From an uncultured virus (IMG/VR IMGVR_UViG_2811995017_000004) (Duplodnaviria > Heunggongvirae > Uroviricota > Caudoviricetes), in IMG/VR virus record IMGVR_UViG_2811995017_000004, positions 1 through 64,000 of that record: 64,000 nucleotides of DNA. One strand, given 5' to 3'. Position 1 is the stretch's first letter, and every line of letters starts with the position of its first letter. The notes under the pieces were generated by a model, which worked only from the letters and a program-made list of their open reading frames with translations, did no database searches and was not told the origin of the DNA. This document shows, piece by piece, positions 9,607-20,868 of the stretch. A program made the position numbers and the translations under genes.

Positions 9607-9840
9607 TTAAATTTTGAACCTATATAAATCCCCTTTTCGATCAAGGTGATAATTGCCTTTCGGATAGGTTAAATACCCGTCAGAGTTCAGTTTTTCAACT
9701 AGATTAAACATAAACGTTCCATATTTTGTTTTGCCTTTCTTCCACATCTTTTTTCTCAAAAGTTTTTTCATTAAAGTCTCCCTTGAATTAAATGAGATAT
9801 AACTGAATATATTATTAAAGTGGCCTTGGCTGCACTCCAC
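9607..9840 (-). CDS. Small basic hypothetical protein (possibly a fragment)
   Basis: ORF track; weak RBS. Confidence 0.4.
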   Translation of the reverse strand: MECSQGHFNNIFSYISFNSRETLMKKLLRKKMWKKGKTKYGTFMFNLVEKLNSDGYLTYPKGNYHLDRKGDLYRFKI

Positions 9841-9882
9841 ATCAGCTTGCTTTACATCATGAAGACAGCCAAGGTTCTTTAT

Positions 9883-10317
9883 TTACCTAGTGCCAGTTGA
9901 ACCGTGTCCGCCTCTATTTTCATTGCACAAATGATCGACCTTGACCAATTCAACTGCAGGCATCTTCTTCATAATTCTGAATTGGCAAATCCGATCTCCT
10001 TTTTTAATTTCAGTATCTCGGAGCGCATAAGCCGGGAAGAACCAAAAATCATTGTCCCCCTTGTATGACTCATCGATAACACCCATTGAATTAGTTTGAA
10101 TAACGCCAAAGTTCTTGTATGTACTTGAACGAGGAACGACATGGGCTTCATACCCTTCAGGCAATTCCATCGCCACTCCGAGAGGAATCAGTTTAAACTC
10201 ATCCTTTGGAATAGATACATCTTCCGCAGCTCTCAGATCAATCCAATCACCCTGTTCGATTTTTGAAATGCGCGTTTGTGTTTCGTCTGCATATTTGATT
10301 TTGATTTGTAGTGTCAT
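9883..10317 (-). CDS. dut: Trimeric dUTPase (YosS-like)
   Basis: [30 protein letters not shown] motifs. Confidence 0.95.
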   Translation of the reverse strand: MTLQIKIKYADETQTRISKIEQGDWIDLRAAEDVSIPKDEFKLIPLGVAMELPEGYEAHVVPRSSTYKNFGVIQTNSMGVIDESYKGDNDFWFFPAYALRDTEIKKGDRICQFRIMKKMPAVELVKVDHLCNENRGGHGSTGTR

Positions 10318-10360
10318 TTTTCAAACTCCTTTTGATTTATTAATTAATCTTAGCAAACCA

Positions 10361-10795
10361 TTAGAATACTTTAGATAACCATTTAGCGGCTTCTAAAATT
10401 GCATCCTTATCGTAGTTATCAAAAATAAAACCCTCTAATGAAACTCCGCTTGAATATTCACCGCCTCCGTAGTATTCATCTTCAGTTTGAACCCATAAAC
10501 TAATACCATTTTCAAGTTCAATTACCCAATCACACGTTTCTTCAGCAAATGGCATATGTATGTCATAAGGTTTTTCATCAAAAACGCAGTTTAAATCACT
10601 TATAGCATTCTCTGCATCATCGTAATCTCTTATATTGAAATTTGAATTAGACATTTTTGAAATCTCTTTTCTTAATTCAAACTCCCCTTCAAACTCAGGA
10701 TCTCCTGAATGCCTTATTGGATATCTTAATAACTTACCCTCTTTAGCTTTTTTATTTATATAAACCCAATTATTTTTGGTAAGCTTAGATTTCAT
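10361..10795 (-). CDS. Hypothetical protein
   Basis: GAGGAG RBS; ORF track. Confidence 0.75.
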   Translation of the reverse strand: MKSKLTKNNWVYINKKAKEGKLLRYPIRHSGDPEFEGEFELRKEISKMSNSNFNIRDYDDAENAISDLNCVFDEKPYDIHMPFAEETCDWVIELENGISLWVQTEDEYYGGGEYSSGVSLEGFIFDNYDKDAILEAAKWLSKVF

Positions 10796-10813
10796 CTCTT
10801 TTCTCCTCTCCTT

Positions 10814-11113
10814 TTAATTTAATAATTCTTCAATTTCTTTAACTGAGATGACCCCTTCCGTGGCCATTTCTTTAATGTCATCTAATAAAAGATCTTTACG
10901 TATGTATTTTGCATTTATTTCATCGATGATAAATTGAGAATCCGTCAGTGGTTTTGAATATTGTGTAAAGAAAGAATAAACTTGAGACGCATTTTTTAAA
11001 AGGTTTTTATAATCGTATAATTCTTTTTTTACCTGCTCGGTGTTTAAAGTTCCATCGCTATTTTCCACAATTCCTTTCCAAAACAATTCATAAATCTCCT
11101 CATAATTTTCCAT
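10814..11113 (-). CDS. Hypothetical protein
   Basis: GGGGTG RBS before MENYEE. Confidence 0.7.
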   Translation of the reverse strand: MENYEEIYELFWKGIVENSDGTLNTEQVKKELYDYKNLLKNASQVYSFFTQYSKPLTDSQFIIDEINAKYIRKDLLLDDIKEMATEGVISVKEIEELLN

Positions 11114-11160
11114 ACCATCACCCCTTTTAATTCGCATTAAAATTACCATTTTATTTAAAT

Positions 11161-11526
11161 TTAGGTGTACAGTTTCAATTCCTTAACCCAATCAGGGAGC
11201 TCTTCAGGAGTATGAATGCCAAAGTTGACACAAGTTAAGGTGTTAGGCTCAAGCTGTGTATATCCTTTATCTCGAATCACAAAATAGCCCCCTTCGTGTT
11301 CAAGCTCTTCAAGTTTCCACTGTGGACATTTTAGAATAATTTTCTTTTGTTCAGCCATGTATTCATCCAAACTTACATATTCTTTTCTTTCTTGTATCGG
11401 TTTGATCATTCGATGATACACATAACTCATGACTGCATGTCCCACTTGCCCAGCCAGTTTCCCCTTACTGATCTTGATATCTTCGTTGACCAAGATATAC
11501 ATCCGATAATCCCTCATGTGTATCAC
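11161..11526 (-). CDS. Peptidyl-tRNA hydrolase, Pth2 family
   Basis: KISKGKLAGQVGHA, KKIILK, IRDKGYTQLEPNTLTC, and C-terminal LKLY. Confidence 0.85.
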   Translation of the reverse strand: MIHMRDYRMYILVNEDIKISKGKLAGQVGHAVMSYVYHRMIKPIQERKEYVSLDEYMAEQKKIILKCPQWKLEELEHEGGYFVIRDKGYTQLEPNTLTCVNFGIHTPEELPDWVKELKLYT

Positions 11527-11771
11527 TCCTTCAAATTTTTAATTAGTTCATCTAATTCATCTGGCTTAAATCCGATGCTGCGTTTTACTTCGTTCCCCTC
11601 TCCATCTAGCAGGATAGTGACGGGTACCCCCATTACTCCATACTCTGCTGCAACTTCTGGCTGTTCTGTAACATCAATTACTTCATACTCAATTCCTTTT
11701 TCGTTTAGATAATTAGAAACTAATTGACAAGGGGTGCATGATGGCTGTTCTAATTTGATTAATTTCATCAT
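11523..11771 (-). CDS. Thioredoxin/NrdH-like redoxin (YosR-like)
   Basis: CTPC and GVP motifs; adjacent to nrdF. Confidence 0.9.
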   Translation of the reverse strand: MMKLIKLEQPSCTPCQLVSNYLNEKGIEYEVIDVTEQPEVAAEYGVMGVPVTILLDGEGNEVKRSIGFKPDELDELIKNLKE

Positions 11772-12748
11772 AGTGATGCCTCCTCAAAATAAAAATCTTC
11801 ATCCTTAAGGGCTTCTACAGTTGCTTTTTTGTATCCATTCCCCTTACCCGAAAAGAAGTCATGCGATTTAGTTTTTGTGCTTAATCCGTTCAACACAATT
11901 GGGTTAACATCCTCCTCCTCAAAGTAATGATCGAATCCTAAATTGTTTAAGGCTTTATTTGCGTTATACCGAATAAACTTTTTCACATCATGAGTAAGTC
12001 CAACTTGATCATAAACATCTTCGGTATACTCAAGCTCGTTTTCATATAGATCGAGCAGCAAGTTAATAACCCATTCATACAATTCTTTTTTCTTGATTTC
12101 AGTTTGTTTATTATAGATTTCCTGAGCCAACAATCCAGTGTATACACCATGTAGTGCCTCGTCACGAATTATCAAATTTATGATTTCTCCGCTGTTCATT
12201 AACTTCCCCTGACCATAAAAATACAATGGATAATAAAATCCTGAATAGAACAGGAAGCTTTCAAGTAATACAGATGCAACCATTCCTTTATACAAAGACA
12301 ATTCATCATCACTTTTAATTTGTTTATATATAGAAACAATAATACTGGCTTTCTTCTGTAGATACTTATTGTTTTTAACCCATTCGAAGACTTCATTAAT
12401 TGTTTCCATCGGAGCTAAGGTAAGAAAGATATTGCTGTATGATTTAGCATGAACAGCGTTTTCCATCATGGCCATGAAATTCAGCACAGCTTTACGCTGG
12501 TGTCCTTCGACATGATCAGCAATTGTTGGCATACCAGTATTCCCTTGTTCTGTGTCCAGTAAGGTTAATCCGGCCAACACTTTCATGTATGTATCCTTTT
12601 CTTGGTCTCCGAGGTATTTCCATGTAAGCAGATCGCCATTTAGCGAAATCTCTTCAGGAAGCCAGAACTGCTTAACGTTCTGTTCGTAAAACATTTGTGT
12701 GAATCCGTCTTCGTGTTGCGACCAGTTGGCCGCTGTATATTGCGTCAA
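11768..12748 (-). CDS. nrdF: Class Ib ribonucleotide reductase beta subunit, no intron
   Basis: [31 protein letters not shown]; continuous ORF. Confidence 0.95.
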   Translation of the reverse strand: MTQYTAANWSQHEDGFTQMFYEQNVKQFWLPEEISLNGDLLTWKYLGDQEKDTYMKVLAGLTLLDTEQGNTGMPTIADHVEGHQRKAVLNFMAMMENAVHAKSYSNIFLTLAPMETINEVFEWVKNNKYLQKKASIIVSIYKQIKSDDELSLYKGMVASVLLESFLFYSGFYYPLYFYGQGKLMNSGEIINLIIRDEALHGVYTGLLAQEIYNKQTEIKKKELYEWVINLLLDLYENELEYTEDVYDQVGLTHDVKKFIRYNANKALNNLGFDHYFEEEDVNPIVLNGLSTKTKSHDFFSGKGNGYKKATVEALKDEDFYFEEASL

Positions 12749-12970
12749 TTATTCGTCCTCCATTCGCTTTAATGCCTCGTAATTATTGTTGATTGTTTCG
12801 TTGATTAAGATTTCTCTAGCTTTCTCTTGTGATGTGATTCTAAATGCACATTCGCCCTTCCCGTACATTTCGGAATTGACAACATAATCGCGAAACAGCT
12901 CATTCATGTATTCGAGGTTGCCGGCGCCGTAGAATTTTCCGTTTAAGAAACAGGCGTATGTTTGCGACAT
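12749..12970 (-). CDS. Hypothetical protein between nrdE and nrdF
   Basis: AAGGAG RBS; ORF track. Confidence 0.7.
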   Translation of the reverse strand: MSQTYACFLNGKFYGAGNLEYMNELFRDYVVNSEMYGKGECAFRITSQEKAREILINETINNNYEALKRMEDE

Positions 12971-12992
12971 ATTATTAACACAACTCCTTCAT

Positions 12993-15900
12993 TTAAACTA
13001 CACAAGACAAGCAGCCTTCCTGCCCCGTGTCCTTTGTCCGCGCATAATACAGCGTTTTGATGCCGCGATGATGCGCATACAAGTCAATTCGGTTCAGATC
13101 ACGCGTCGTCATCGTATCCTTCAGGAACAGCGTAAATGAGATACCTTGATCAACGTGCTGCTGAATTGTCGCAATCATATCGACGACTTTAAACATATCC
13201 ATGTCGTACGCTTCCTTATAGAAGAACCAATTCTTCGCACTAAGTCCCGGCATCGGATAATACGTCTTGGAATTTCCGTATGTCCGTTCCTCTATGCGCT
13301 CCATAATCGGCATGACACCTGCTGTTGAAGATTGAACATATGAGATGCTTCCTGTAGGTGCTATTGCTTGTCTATATGAGTGATACAAACCATATTTCAT
13401 CACATCTTTTTTAAGCTGCTTCCAATCTTCAATTGTTGGAATATGCTGATCTCCAAACAGTTTTTTTACCTTTTCGAACTTTGGACTAAAGCTTTGTTCT
13501 TCGTATTTCTTGAAATACTCACCTGATTTGTATGTAGAGCCTTCAAACTGGTAATATGTTTCCCCGGTTTCTTTGGCGATTTCCATTGAGCGCCCAAGGG
13601 AATAATAGTTCATCATCATAAAGAAAGTGTTGGCAAAATCTCTCGCTTCTTCGCTCTCATAGGCGATGCCATTTTGAGCTAAGAAACCATGTAGATTCAT
13701 TGCTCCAAGTCCGACTGACCTCATAAGCTTATTTGCCTTAGCAACTGCTGGAGCATTTGTAATATTGGTTTTATTCGATACATGAGTCAATGCATCAATA
13801 GCTAATTTGACTGTATTCTTAATTGACCCATTCTTCATTACGTTGAAGATATTAATCGAGCCTAGATTACATGAAATGTCCAAGCCAATTTCGTCCTCTT
13901 CGCCATAGTCTGTATACGTTGATACTTGGGAAGCCTGAAGGACTTCTGAACAGTTACCAGTTACAATTCCATTAAAAATTAGAGAATGATAATCTTCTTG
14001 TGTTGTGTCATAGACATCCTCTACCCCATCTTTTTCAATGCTGATAATTTCGGCTGTGAAATCATGTTTTGGCTTTCGTGATTTTGCTTGCAATGTTTCA
14101 GTCAACATGTTGAATTTGTACTTATCATATTCTTTCAAATCAACAATGCTCATGAACAATTCTCTTGACGCTCTGTCTTGAATGCTAAGCTTATGAGTTG
14201 GTTTAACTTTGTATAATTTGGAACCGCCCCGGCCATCAGGGAGAAGCTCCTGTGAGCGTTTGTTATTGGTATAAATGGTTGTATATACTCCCATATTAAT
14301 GAGTAACTTTTGCACATCTTGCAAACTCTCAAAATCAACTGATGTTAATTCAATTGTTAGTGCCTTCGCTTTATGATTGGCATTTACACAACCATCCGTT
14401 TGAAATAATCCAGACAAATAAGCTGCTTGTGTTTCCTTATCAGCTTGATATAAGAACTCTGGAACTCTTGTTTTTGTTTCTTTTGTCATTCCATATTTAT
14501 TTAAAATATCAAAGAGTACTGTACTAGACATATATAATAGATCTTGTTTTTCTGGATCAGCAGCAACAAATTTTGGAGTAAAAGAAGTGTTGTGCTTATA
14601 AACACGATTAATTTTATGTTTATCAATTACACGGTGCACAGCATCTTTTACCTTCTTCTCCAACACCTTTTTATTGTCATATAAATAAATCTTCGCTGTC
14701 TTATCTGTAATTGTTCCATCCCCAGCTATAATCCCCATGATATATGCGAGGTCAGGTTCATGAATACTCCCATATTCTCCTTCACCAGACTGAATCAGTA
14801 GTTTGTCTCCCGGAACAAGTTGGTTAAGCTGAAGTTTTTGTATTTCGTTATTTCGCTTAACATAAAACTTATGCCACTCTGTTGCTCTGATTTCAAATCC
14901 TTGCTTAGTTTTAACTTTAAAGACATCTGCGTTCTTTTTAGTTAGCTGCATAGGTATCGCATTCACAATTGAAGTCCCCCTACAATCCTTGTCAAACTGT
15001 TTTGTCCGATTGTCAATAACGACCCTTAAATCTTTTTGACTTTTATATAGATCTGAGGCTTTTTCGTACCCATTTTCGGTTAAAAGAAAAGTATCTCCTG
15101 TCACACACAAATTAGAAAATTTAACCATCGAAATATGACTGTTAGCGTGGAATCGGTTTACATTGTCGGTAAACATCAGGTAAGGATAACCCGATTCTGA
15201 TCTTAAGATTGCGAGCTTTTCTAATAGTTTACGAGCATTCGCTTTTTTCTTTCTGACATTTAGGTTTTCGACCAATTCATCATACATTTTTGCAATATCC
15301 ATTTCGTCTAAATGTTGCCTGTATTCCTTATAAACTGAATAAGGATAGAACATGTAGAAGTCTTTATCTTCCCTAGCAAGTTCAATAAATTTATCTGGGA
15401 TAACTACACCAATTGATAATGTTTTTGCCCTGACATCCTCATCTGCTGAGATTTTTTTGGTATCAAGGAAGTCATTAATGTCTGGATGAAAAACATTAAG
15501 ATAAGCAGCTCCTGATCCTTGTCTTTGCAGACTATTCGGACGTGTTCGCTACAAACGCCCCGCCTTGCGGCAGCTTCATGTTACCACGAAGATTAGACTA
15601 TATCTTCATCCCATTGGGATGCCTCCTGTTTCGGCTACCAATCGCTTGTAGCCTACGGCTTTTGCCTAGTCGTTGAACGTTCCTCAAATGAGGCTTCGCT
15701 GCTGATTGTCCTATAAGGAGTTCCCAGCAATTAAAGAGGTTTTTCGATCGCCATTGCTGACGAAAGGGGCCAAATTTAACCCATCTGGTCTGCATATCGA
15801 AAAGCGTTATCGAGCAGTTTCATTACACCTACAACGCCTTTTGTAGCATTCTCAACTTTTTTAATTGGCTCACCTTTTGCTCGAATCTTGCTCAGATTAA

Positions 15901-16504
15901 GTGCAACACCACCACCAAGCTTAGATAACTGCATTGAAATATCGACTGCTCTAGAAATGTCATTCAATGAATCATTAACTTCGAGTAAGAAGCAGCTAAC
16001 CATTTCACCTCTTCTTTTTCGTCCTGCATTAAGAAAAGTAGGTGTTGATGGTTGATATTCCTGTTTCATCATAAGTGAAGTGAATTCTTTTGCTTTTTCA
16101 GCATCTCCATTGGCGAAAAACAAAGCAACAACACTCACTCGATCTTCATACCGTTCAAGAATTTTCGTTTTATCGTTTGTCTTCAAGGCATAGTCATTGT
16201 AAAACTTGAATGCACTCATGAATGAAGGGAATCTGAATTTGAAGCTATACGCCAATTTGAACACTTCTTTAATCTGTTCAAAAGTATATTTGCTTAAAAA
16301 CTCTTCTTCGTAATAATCATTCTCTAAAAGATAGTCCAGTTTTTCTTTGAGATCGTGAAAGAAGACAGTGTTTTGATTAACATAGTCAACAAAATAACTG
16401 TGTACAGCTTCCCTGTCCTTCTCGAATTGAAACTTCCCGTCTTTTTGAATCATAATTTCGTTATTCAGTTGAACCCACTTTGGCACCTGATTGATTACTG
16501 TCAA
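12993..16504 (-). CDS. nrdE: Class Ib ribonucleotide reductase alpha subunit; exon 1 16504-15779, exon 2 15527-12993; contains an intein
   Basis: Splicing joins YADQMG|QRQGSGAAY in frame. PSTPTFLNAG, APTGSISY and CLSCVV motifs are present. Confidence 0.95.
13953..15107 (-). mobile_element. 385-aa intein with LAGLIDADG endonuclease in NrdE
   Basis: FSNL|CVTGDT ... GIVTGN|CSE; YIMGIIAGDG and YLSGLFQTDG motifs. Same site as the SPbeta bnrdE intein. Confidence 0.95.
15528..15778 (-). ncRNA. Group I intron (251 nt, ORF-less) in nrdE
   Basis: The exon ends in U and the intron ends in G. P AATTGCTGGGAA, Q AATCAGCAG, R GTTCAACGACTA, S AAGATATAGTC. Confidence 0.93.
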
Positions 16505-16862
16505 TAAACTTAACCTCCTGTATTAACTTGTCCAAGTCTGAATCTGATCCACTTAATTCAAACTTAAGAAGTACTGGTACTTGATAATGTTGTGAGAGTT
16601 TATCTGCCGCCGCAGCATAATAGCTACCCCAATTTCGATTCCCGCTTGAACAAACCCCGTACAAAAAATCTTTATTATTATGTATAAACTTCTGAGTTTT
16701 TTCAGGAATTTGCCCGAATTTAATTGTGTATGTAATATGTATGAATGGCTCATCAACCTTTAAATCCTCAGTGATTTCCATAGTTTTAATTTGCATTTTT
16801 TGCTCAAGCTTTCTTACAAATCTTCTAACATTACCTGTCATGCTTTCATATGTAACAAGCAT
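16461..16862 (-). CDS. nrdI: NrdI flavodoxin
   Basis: YESMTGNVRRFV, SSGNRNWG, KFELSG motifs. Confidence 0.95.
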   Translation of the reverse strand: MLVTYESMTGNVRRFVRKLEQKMQIKTMEITEDLKVDEPFIHITYTIKFGQIPEKTQKFIHNNKDFLYGVCSSGNRNWGSYYAAAADKLSQHYQVPVLLKFELSGSDSDLDKLIQEVKFIDSNQSGAKVGSTE

Positions 16863-17212
16863 TATTCGTTTATACTTCCTGAAACAAATTTTTCAATGAT
16901 TTCTTCTGCTTGATTATCTGCAGAAAACCCGGTATTTGCCTCTTCTAAATTAATTGCTGCCATTTCTTGATATCCTTTTGCCATCGTCTCGTATAACGAA
17001 GCATCCCTAAACTGTTTGACTTCGACATACTTGTTCCTGTAGCTTTTAGGTACTACATATTGCTCTCCTTTTGGATTGGTGGCCACAAGTTCTCCCACTG
17101 CTACAGGGACAGAATAGCCTTCCGGTGTATGTATTGTCATATTACTTTTAGCTTCTTCAATGCTCACAAGTTGATCTTTTTTCACATACAGTTTTTTAGC
17201 AGCGACCATCAC
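16862..17212 (-). CDS. Hypothetical SPbeta-type protein
   Basis: Coupled to nrdI; GAGGA RBS. Confidence 0.75.
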   Translation of the reverse strand: MMVAAKKLYVKKDQLVSIEEAKSNMTIHTPEGYSVPVAVGELVATNPKGEQYVVPKSYRNKYVEVKQFRDASLYETMAKGYQEMAAINLEEANTGFSADNQAEEIIEKFVSGSINE

Positions 17213-17747
17213 TTTTCCTCCTTATATTACTTTTAATTAGTATATAAAATTATGATTTTATTTAGATTATTAGAATCAAATCACCATTTTCGATATTTGA
17301 CAGTTTAAATTTGAAATGGTTACTCATAATCTTCCTCCTTTCATTTCCCTATATTAAGCACGGCTCTTAATTCATCAGCCAATACTGAAACTTCACGACC
17401 ATAATCATCAAATTTAAGGTTTACATACTCTCCGTTTGGTTTTACGATGAGTTTCCCTTGTGGATGTGTATTGTCTGAATCTTTGTGTATTTTCAATCTA
17501 GCTTCAAGTTCCATGAGATCATACCTCCCTATAAATCCGTAATTCCACCTAAATACACGATAACTTTGTACTTCACCTCCCTTTACTGATCATTAATAAA
17601 TGCTTAGCTCCTATCCACAGGTTCCTAGCTAAAGCAAACTGTGAACATTCATCAACTCGAGCACAGTATATTGTGTTTCCCTGAATGGTAGTATACTATA
17701 TATTGTGAAGGAACACATATTCTACCTTGAAAGGCAGGTGTATACAT

Positions 17748-17894
17748 ATGCCTAGAAAACCAAGCTCCAGAAGAGTCTCATCGCCAAAAATGGTTAAAGT
17801 CGCTTCAAAAGTCTTGAGAAATAAAGGCTCTAGCAAAACTTCAAAGAGTTTAGCAGGTTCAGTTCTCTCTCAAGCAAAATCAAAAAGAAAATGA
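17748..17894 (+). CDS. 48-aa highly basic Ser/Lys-rich protein
   Basis: Not in the ORF track: MPRKPSSRRVSSPKMVKVASKVLRNKGSSKTSKSLAGSVLSQAKSKRK; AGGCAGGTG RBS. Confidence 0.7.
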   Translation: MPRKPSSRRVSSPKMVKVASKVLRNKGSSKTSKSLAGSVLSQAKSKRK

Positions 17895-17911
17895 ACAGGA
17901 GATGAAAAATT

Positions 17912-18226
17912 ATGAGTAATGGTTTCAAAGAATTCGATCGAAAACTTAAAAAAATGCAACAAAAAGCTAGTGAACTTGAAAAGGGACAAGAACTTCAATT
18001 AAATGAGCTTTTTACCGATTCATTTATGAAAAAGAATACGAAATTTTCGTCTCTTGATGAAATGCTTGATAAATCTCCTTTCACCATTGAAACCCAGCAA
18101 GATTTTGAATCAATCCCCGATGATTTATGGGATGACTTTGTTAGGGAAAACAGTAAATTTTTTAACTGGGAAGAAATGCAACAAGAAGCAGCAAACATAT
18201 ATGTTGCTAAACAATTAGGCTTCTAG
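17912..18226 (+). CDS. Acidic hypothetical protein
   Basis: AGGAG RBS; followed by the hairpin GATGGC-TTCG-GCCATT at ~18229-18247. Confidence 0.8.
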   Translation: MSNGFKEFDRKLKKMQQKASELEKGQELQLNELFTDSFMKKNTKFSSLDEMLDKSPFTIETQQDFESIPDDLWDDFVRENSKFFNWEEMQQEAANIYVAKQLGF

Positions 18227-18492
18227 GGAGATGGCTTCGGCCATTCTTCCTTCGATTAACGGCTTCTCAATCCATTTTTATAAATCTCTTATTCTCTTTT
18301 CCATCTACAATCACATTCCCAAAAAACATGTCCTTAGGTCTTGCCCAAAGTGTTCCATCTTGATCTTCATATGTAACAAGTATTTCTTCTGTTTCAGTAT
18401 GAATGATTTCCCCTATAACCTTATAAATGCCACCTTTATAGTGTTTAAAATAACATCGATAAAATCAAAAGTGTCCATTGTAGCTTTCCTCC

Positions 18493-18684
18493 TTAAACTT
18501 CCTCTAAATGCAACACAAGAACATTTTTATATGGATCTAATTGAATCTCATCCCTTGCTTCTTCACCATCAATCCTGAAGTTAACTGGTGTGTCGCCGTA
18601 AAAATCAAGTTGATCTTGTAATGCTTTAATTACATCACTTACTTTTGGGTTAATTAACTTGCCATTAATCTCATCATAAGCCAC
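18493..18684 (-). CDS. Hypothetical protein
   Basis: GAGGAGG RBS. Confidence 0.7.
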   Translation of the reverse strand: MAYDEINGKLINPKVSDVIKALQDQLDFYGDTPVNFRIDGEEARDEIQLDPYKNVLVLHLEEV

Positions 18685-18727
18685 GGGCTTTCCTCCTCTT
18701 TCTTTAAAATCATCCTTTTATCTAAAA

Positions 18728-19075
18728 TTACCCCAAGATAACACTCTTAACATGTGGGCTCGTTTCTTTTAAATAACCAAGAACGTGTTGTTTAATTCTT
18801 TCTTTCAATAATGAGTTTTCCTCCCCCAGAAATTCTGCTAACTCCTCGATATTTATAGAAAGTAGATCGTGGTTGATTTTACTTATTATATCTTTAAGCT
18901 GAATCGACCTTTTTTGAATCTTTTTAAAATCTTCAATATTCATTTCGTGGATAGTATTCATAAAACGCTTCATCATAAAATCAAGTTGAAATGAAATTGA
19001 ATCTATCAACATTTTCTTTAGTGACTGAAATCTTTCATCTTTTCTTACTTCAGCAATATATTCCCCAATCGTCAC
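18728..19075 (-). CDS. Hypothetical protein
   Basis: GAGGAG RBS. Confidence 0.7.
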   Translation of the reverse strand: MTIGEYIAEVRKDERFQSLKKMLIDSISFQLDFMMKRFMNTIHEMNIEDFKKIQKRSIQLKDIISKINHDLLSINIEELAEFLGEENSLLKERIKQHVLGYLKETSPHVKSVILG

Positions 19076-19124
19076 GCTTATCTCCTCATTTCTGTGCTAT
19101 GTTCAAATAAATTAAAACTTTTAT

Positions 19125-19331
19125 TTAGACTTCAATCAACTGATTCGTACCTTTAATCTTTGGATAGGTTGTTTTCTTATGAACTCTTTTCCTACACAAT
19201 GGGCACTGAAACGGATATTGTGGTGGGTTTGATGTGAGCATCATATTTACAAACACAAGCTCTGGAGCTTCTTCGCATTCATCACAATGTAACGTCTCTC
19301 TAAAAACTTTAACTTGCTGCGATTTAATCAT
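19125..19331 (-). CDS. Zn-finger hypothetical protein
   Basis: CDEC...CPLC; AAGGAGG RBS. Confidence 0.7.
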   Translation of the reverse strand: MIKSQQVKVFRETLHCDECEEAPELVFVNMMLTSNPPQYPFQCPLCRKRVHKKTTYPKIKGTNQLIEV

Positions 19332-19349
19332 ATTCAGATTCCTCCTTCG

Positions 19350-19696
19350 TTAAATAAACAATGTACTGACATACAGAACAATCAATGCAAAAGCTGAATG
19401 AAGTAAAGACTTGCCGGCTTTCTTGAAAATGTTCTCATCTTTTTCCTGATCTGACCGTTTTACACCTTTGACAAATACGTTGAGTAAAACACCAATAACA
19501 AATGCATGAGGTAAAGTGACATGGACATTCTGAATGTTGTATGTATCAATAAGCAAAGGATTTAACACGTGATTCAATCCATAATAGACAACTAGTGACA
19601 TAGTCAATGCTTCAACAAAATGAGTAACCCAACTACAATCATTGAACCTGATCCGATAAAGAAACCGTTCCAAATATCTTTTGTATCCTTATTCAA
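19350..19696 (-). CDS. Membrane protein, 5' end apparently frameshifted
   Basis: Hydrophobic C-terminal part is in the ORF track; the RBS-linked start (AAGGAG...TTG AAT AAG) lies upstream in another frame. Confidence 0.5.
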
Positions 19697-19710
19697 TAAA
19701 TATCTCTCCT

Positions 19711-20106
19711 TTAGTCTTTTTTAGTTAGCCTCTTCCACCAAGAAGTTTTTATCAATCTTTTATTTCTTCCATCATTGCTTTTTGCTTGCTCCTCATTGAG
19801 TTCTTCGCATTCCTTCAGGCTTTTTTCATCTACAATTGTCTTAATCAATCTGTCAGTTTGATATGTCCATTCGTTATGTATGTTTCTCTGCCTGTCAGTC
19901 ACTATGACATATTCTTTAAGTCCGGGGATATAAACCTTGCCTCCAATTTCTATAGATTCAATATCTATATAACCCTCGAAGATTGCTTCAGTACGAGCTA
20001 CCACACACACTGGCTGAGTAATCCACCTCTCTGTACCTGGTGCACGGTGTGCGTAATAACTTTCTTTCATAACCAATCCTTCAAATGTTGCTTTATGCCG
20101 TCCCAC
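19711..20106 (-). CDS. Hypothetical SPbeta-type protein
   Basis: AAGGAGGTG RBS. Confidence 0.75.
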   Translation of the reverse strand: MGRHKATFEGLVMKESYYAHRAPGTERWITQPVCVVARTEAIFEGYIDIESIEIGGKVYIPGLKEYVIVTDRQRNIHNEWTYQTDRLIKTIVDEKSLKECEELNEEQAKSNDGRNKRLIKTSWWKRLTKKD

Positions 20107-20350
20107 TTATTCACCTCCTTACAAGGGATGTCTTTAACGTTACATTTCATTAAATGCCTTTATTGCAACCAATAGTTGTTTGGCCTCAACTTCTGCCATT
20201 TGATCTCCAATTTGCACCTTTACCTATGTATCTGGATAATCAATACTCTTAGTTGCCAGGAGTTTCATAGTTTTTCTGTTTACTCCTCTTAATGTGAATT
20301 CGGATGTAATGTCTCTCATGATTTTCTCCTTTCTTTATAAAATTTGAATT

Positions 20351-20557
20351 TCATTCAAATCTTTGTTTGGATTTGTCGTTATATGCGCTTGCCTGGGAAA
20401 TTAGATTATTGAGGTTAAGAATAATTGCCAAGCCTGTTGTGATTGTTCCTAAAGCCAAAAATGCAATATAGTAATTCTTAAAATCTCTCCAATCTCTATA
20501 AAATATTAGATGAACCAATGTTGATGCTAATAAAGAAACCCCGCATATAATAAGCAA
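20351..20557 (-). CDS. Small membrane protein
   Basis: Two hydrophobic segments; start uncertain. Confidence 0.55.
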   Translation of the reverse strand: MLIICGVSLLASTLVHLIFYRDWRDFKNYYIAFLALGTITTGLAIILNLNNLISQASAYNDKSKQRFE

Positions 20558-20868
20558 AAAAGCTAATCCTTGATAAAGAATATGGATACACCTCCCTTAA
20601 TTAAATCAAACCGATAATCAATAACAATGCTGCTGTTATAAATGATAATCCAGACAATAATGCTATAATCGTATGTACATTAGAGTGAAACCTTCTTCTC
20701 TCTTCATCCAAAGAGACAATCCCAATCAGAATACAACCAATAATTTCAAGAATATTGATAGCTAACTGCATTGCTTTTATCTTCTCCTATATCTATTTTT
20801 GTCACAATGTGCGCTTGCCCAGGAAATTACAAGAGGAATACCCCTACGCTCTATTACAAATTATCTTT

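Noticed and set aside
15598..15795. 65-aa ORF between the nrdE parts
   Set aside because: Lies almost entirely within the group I intron core; no endonuclease motifs.
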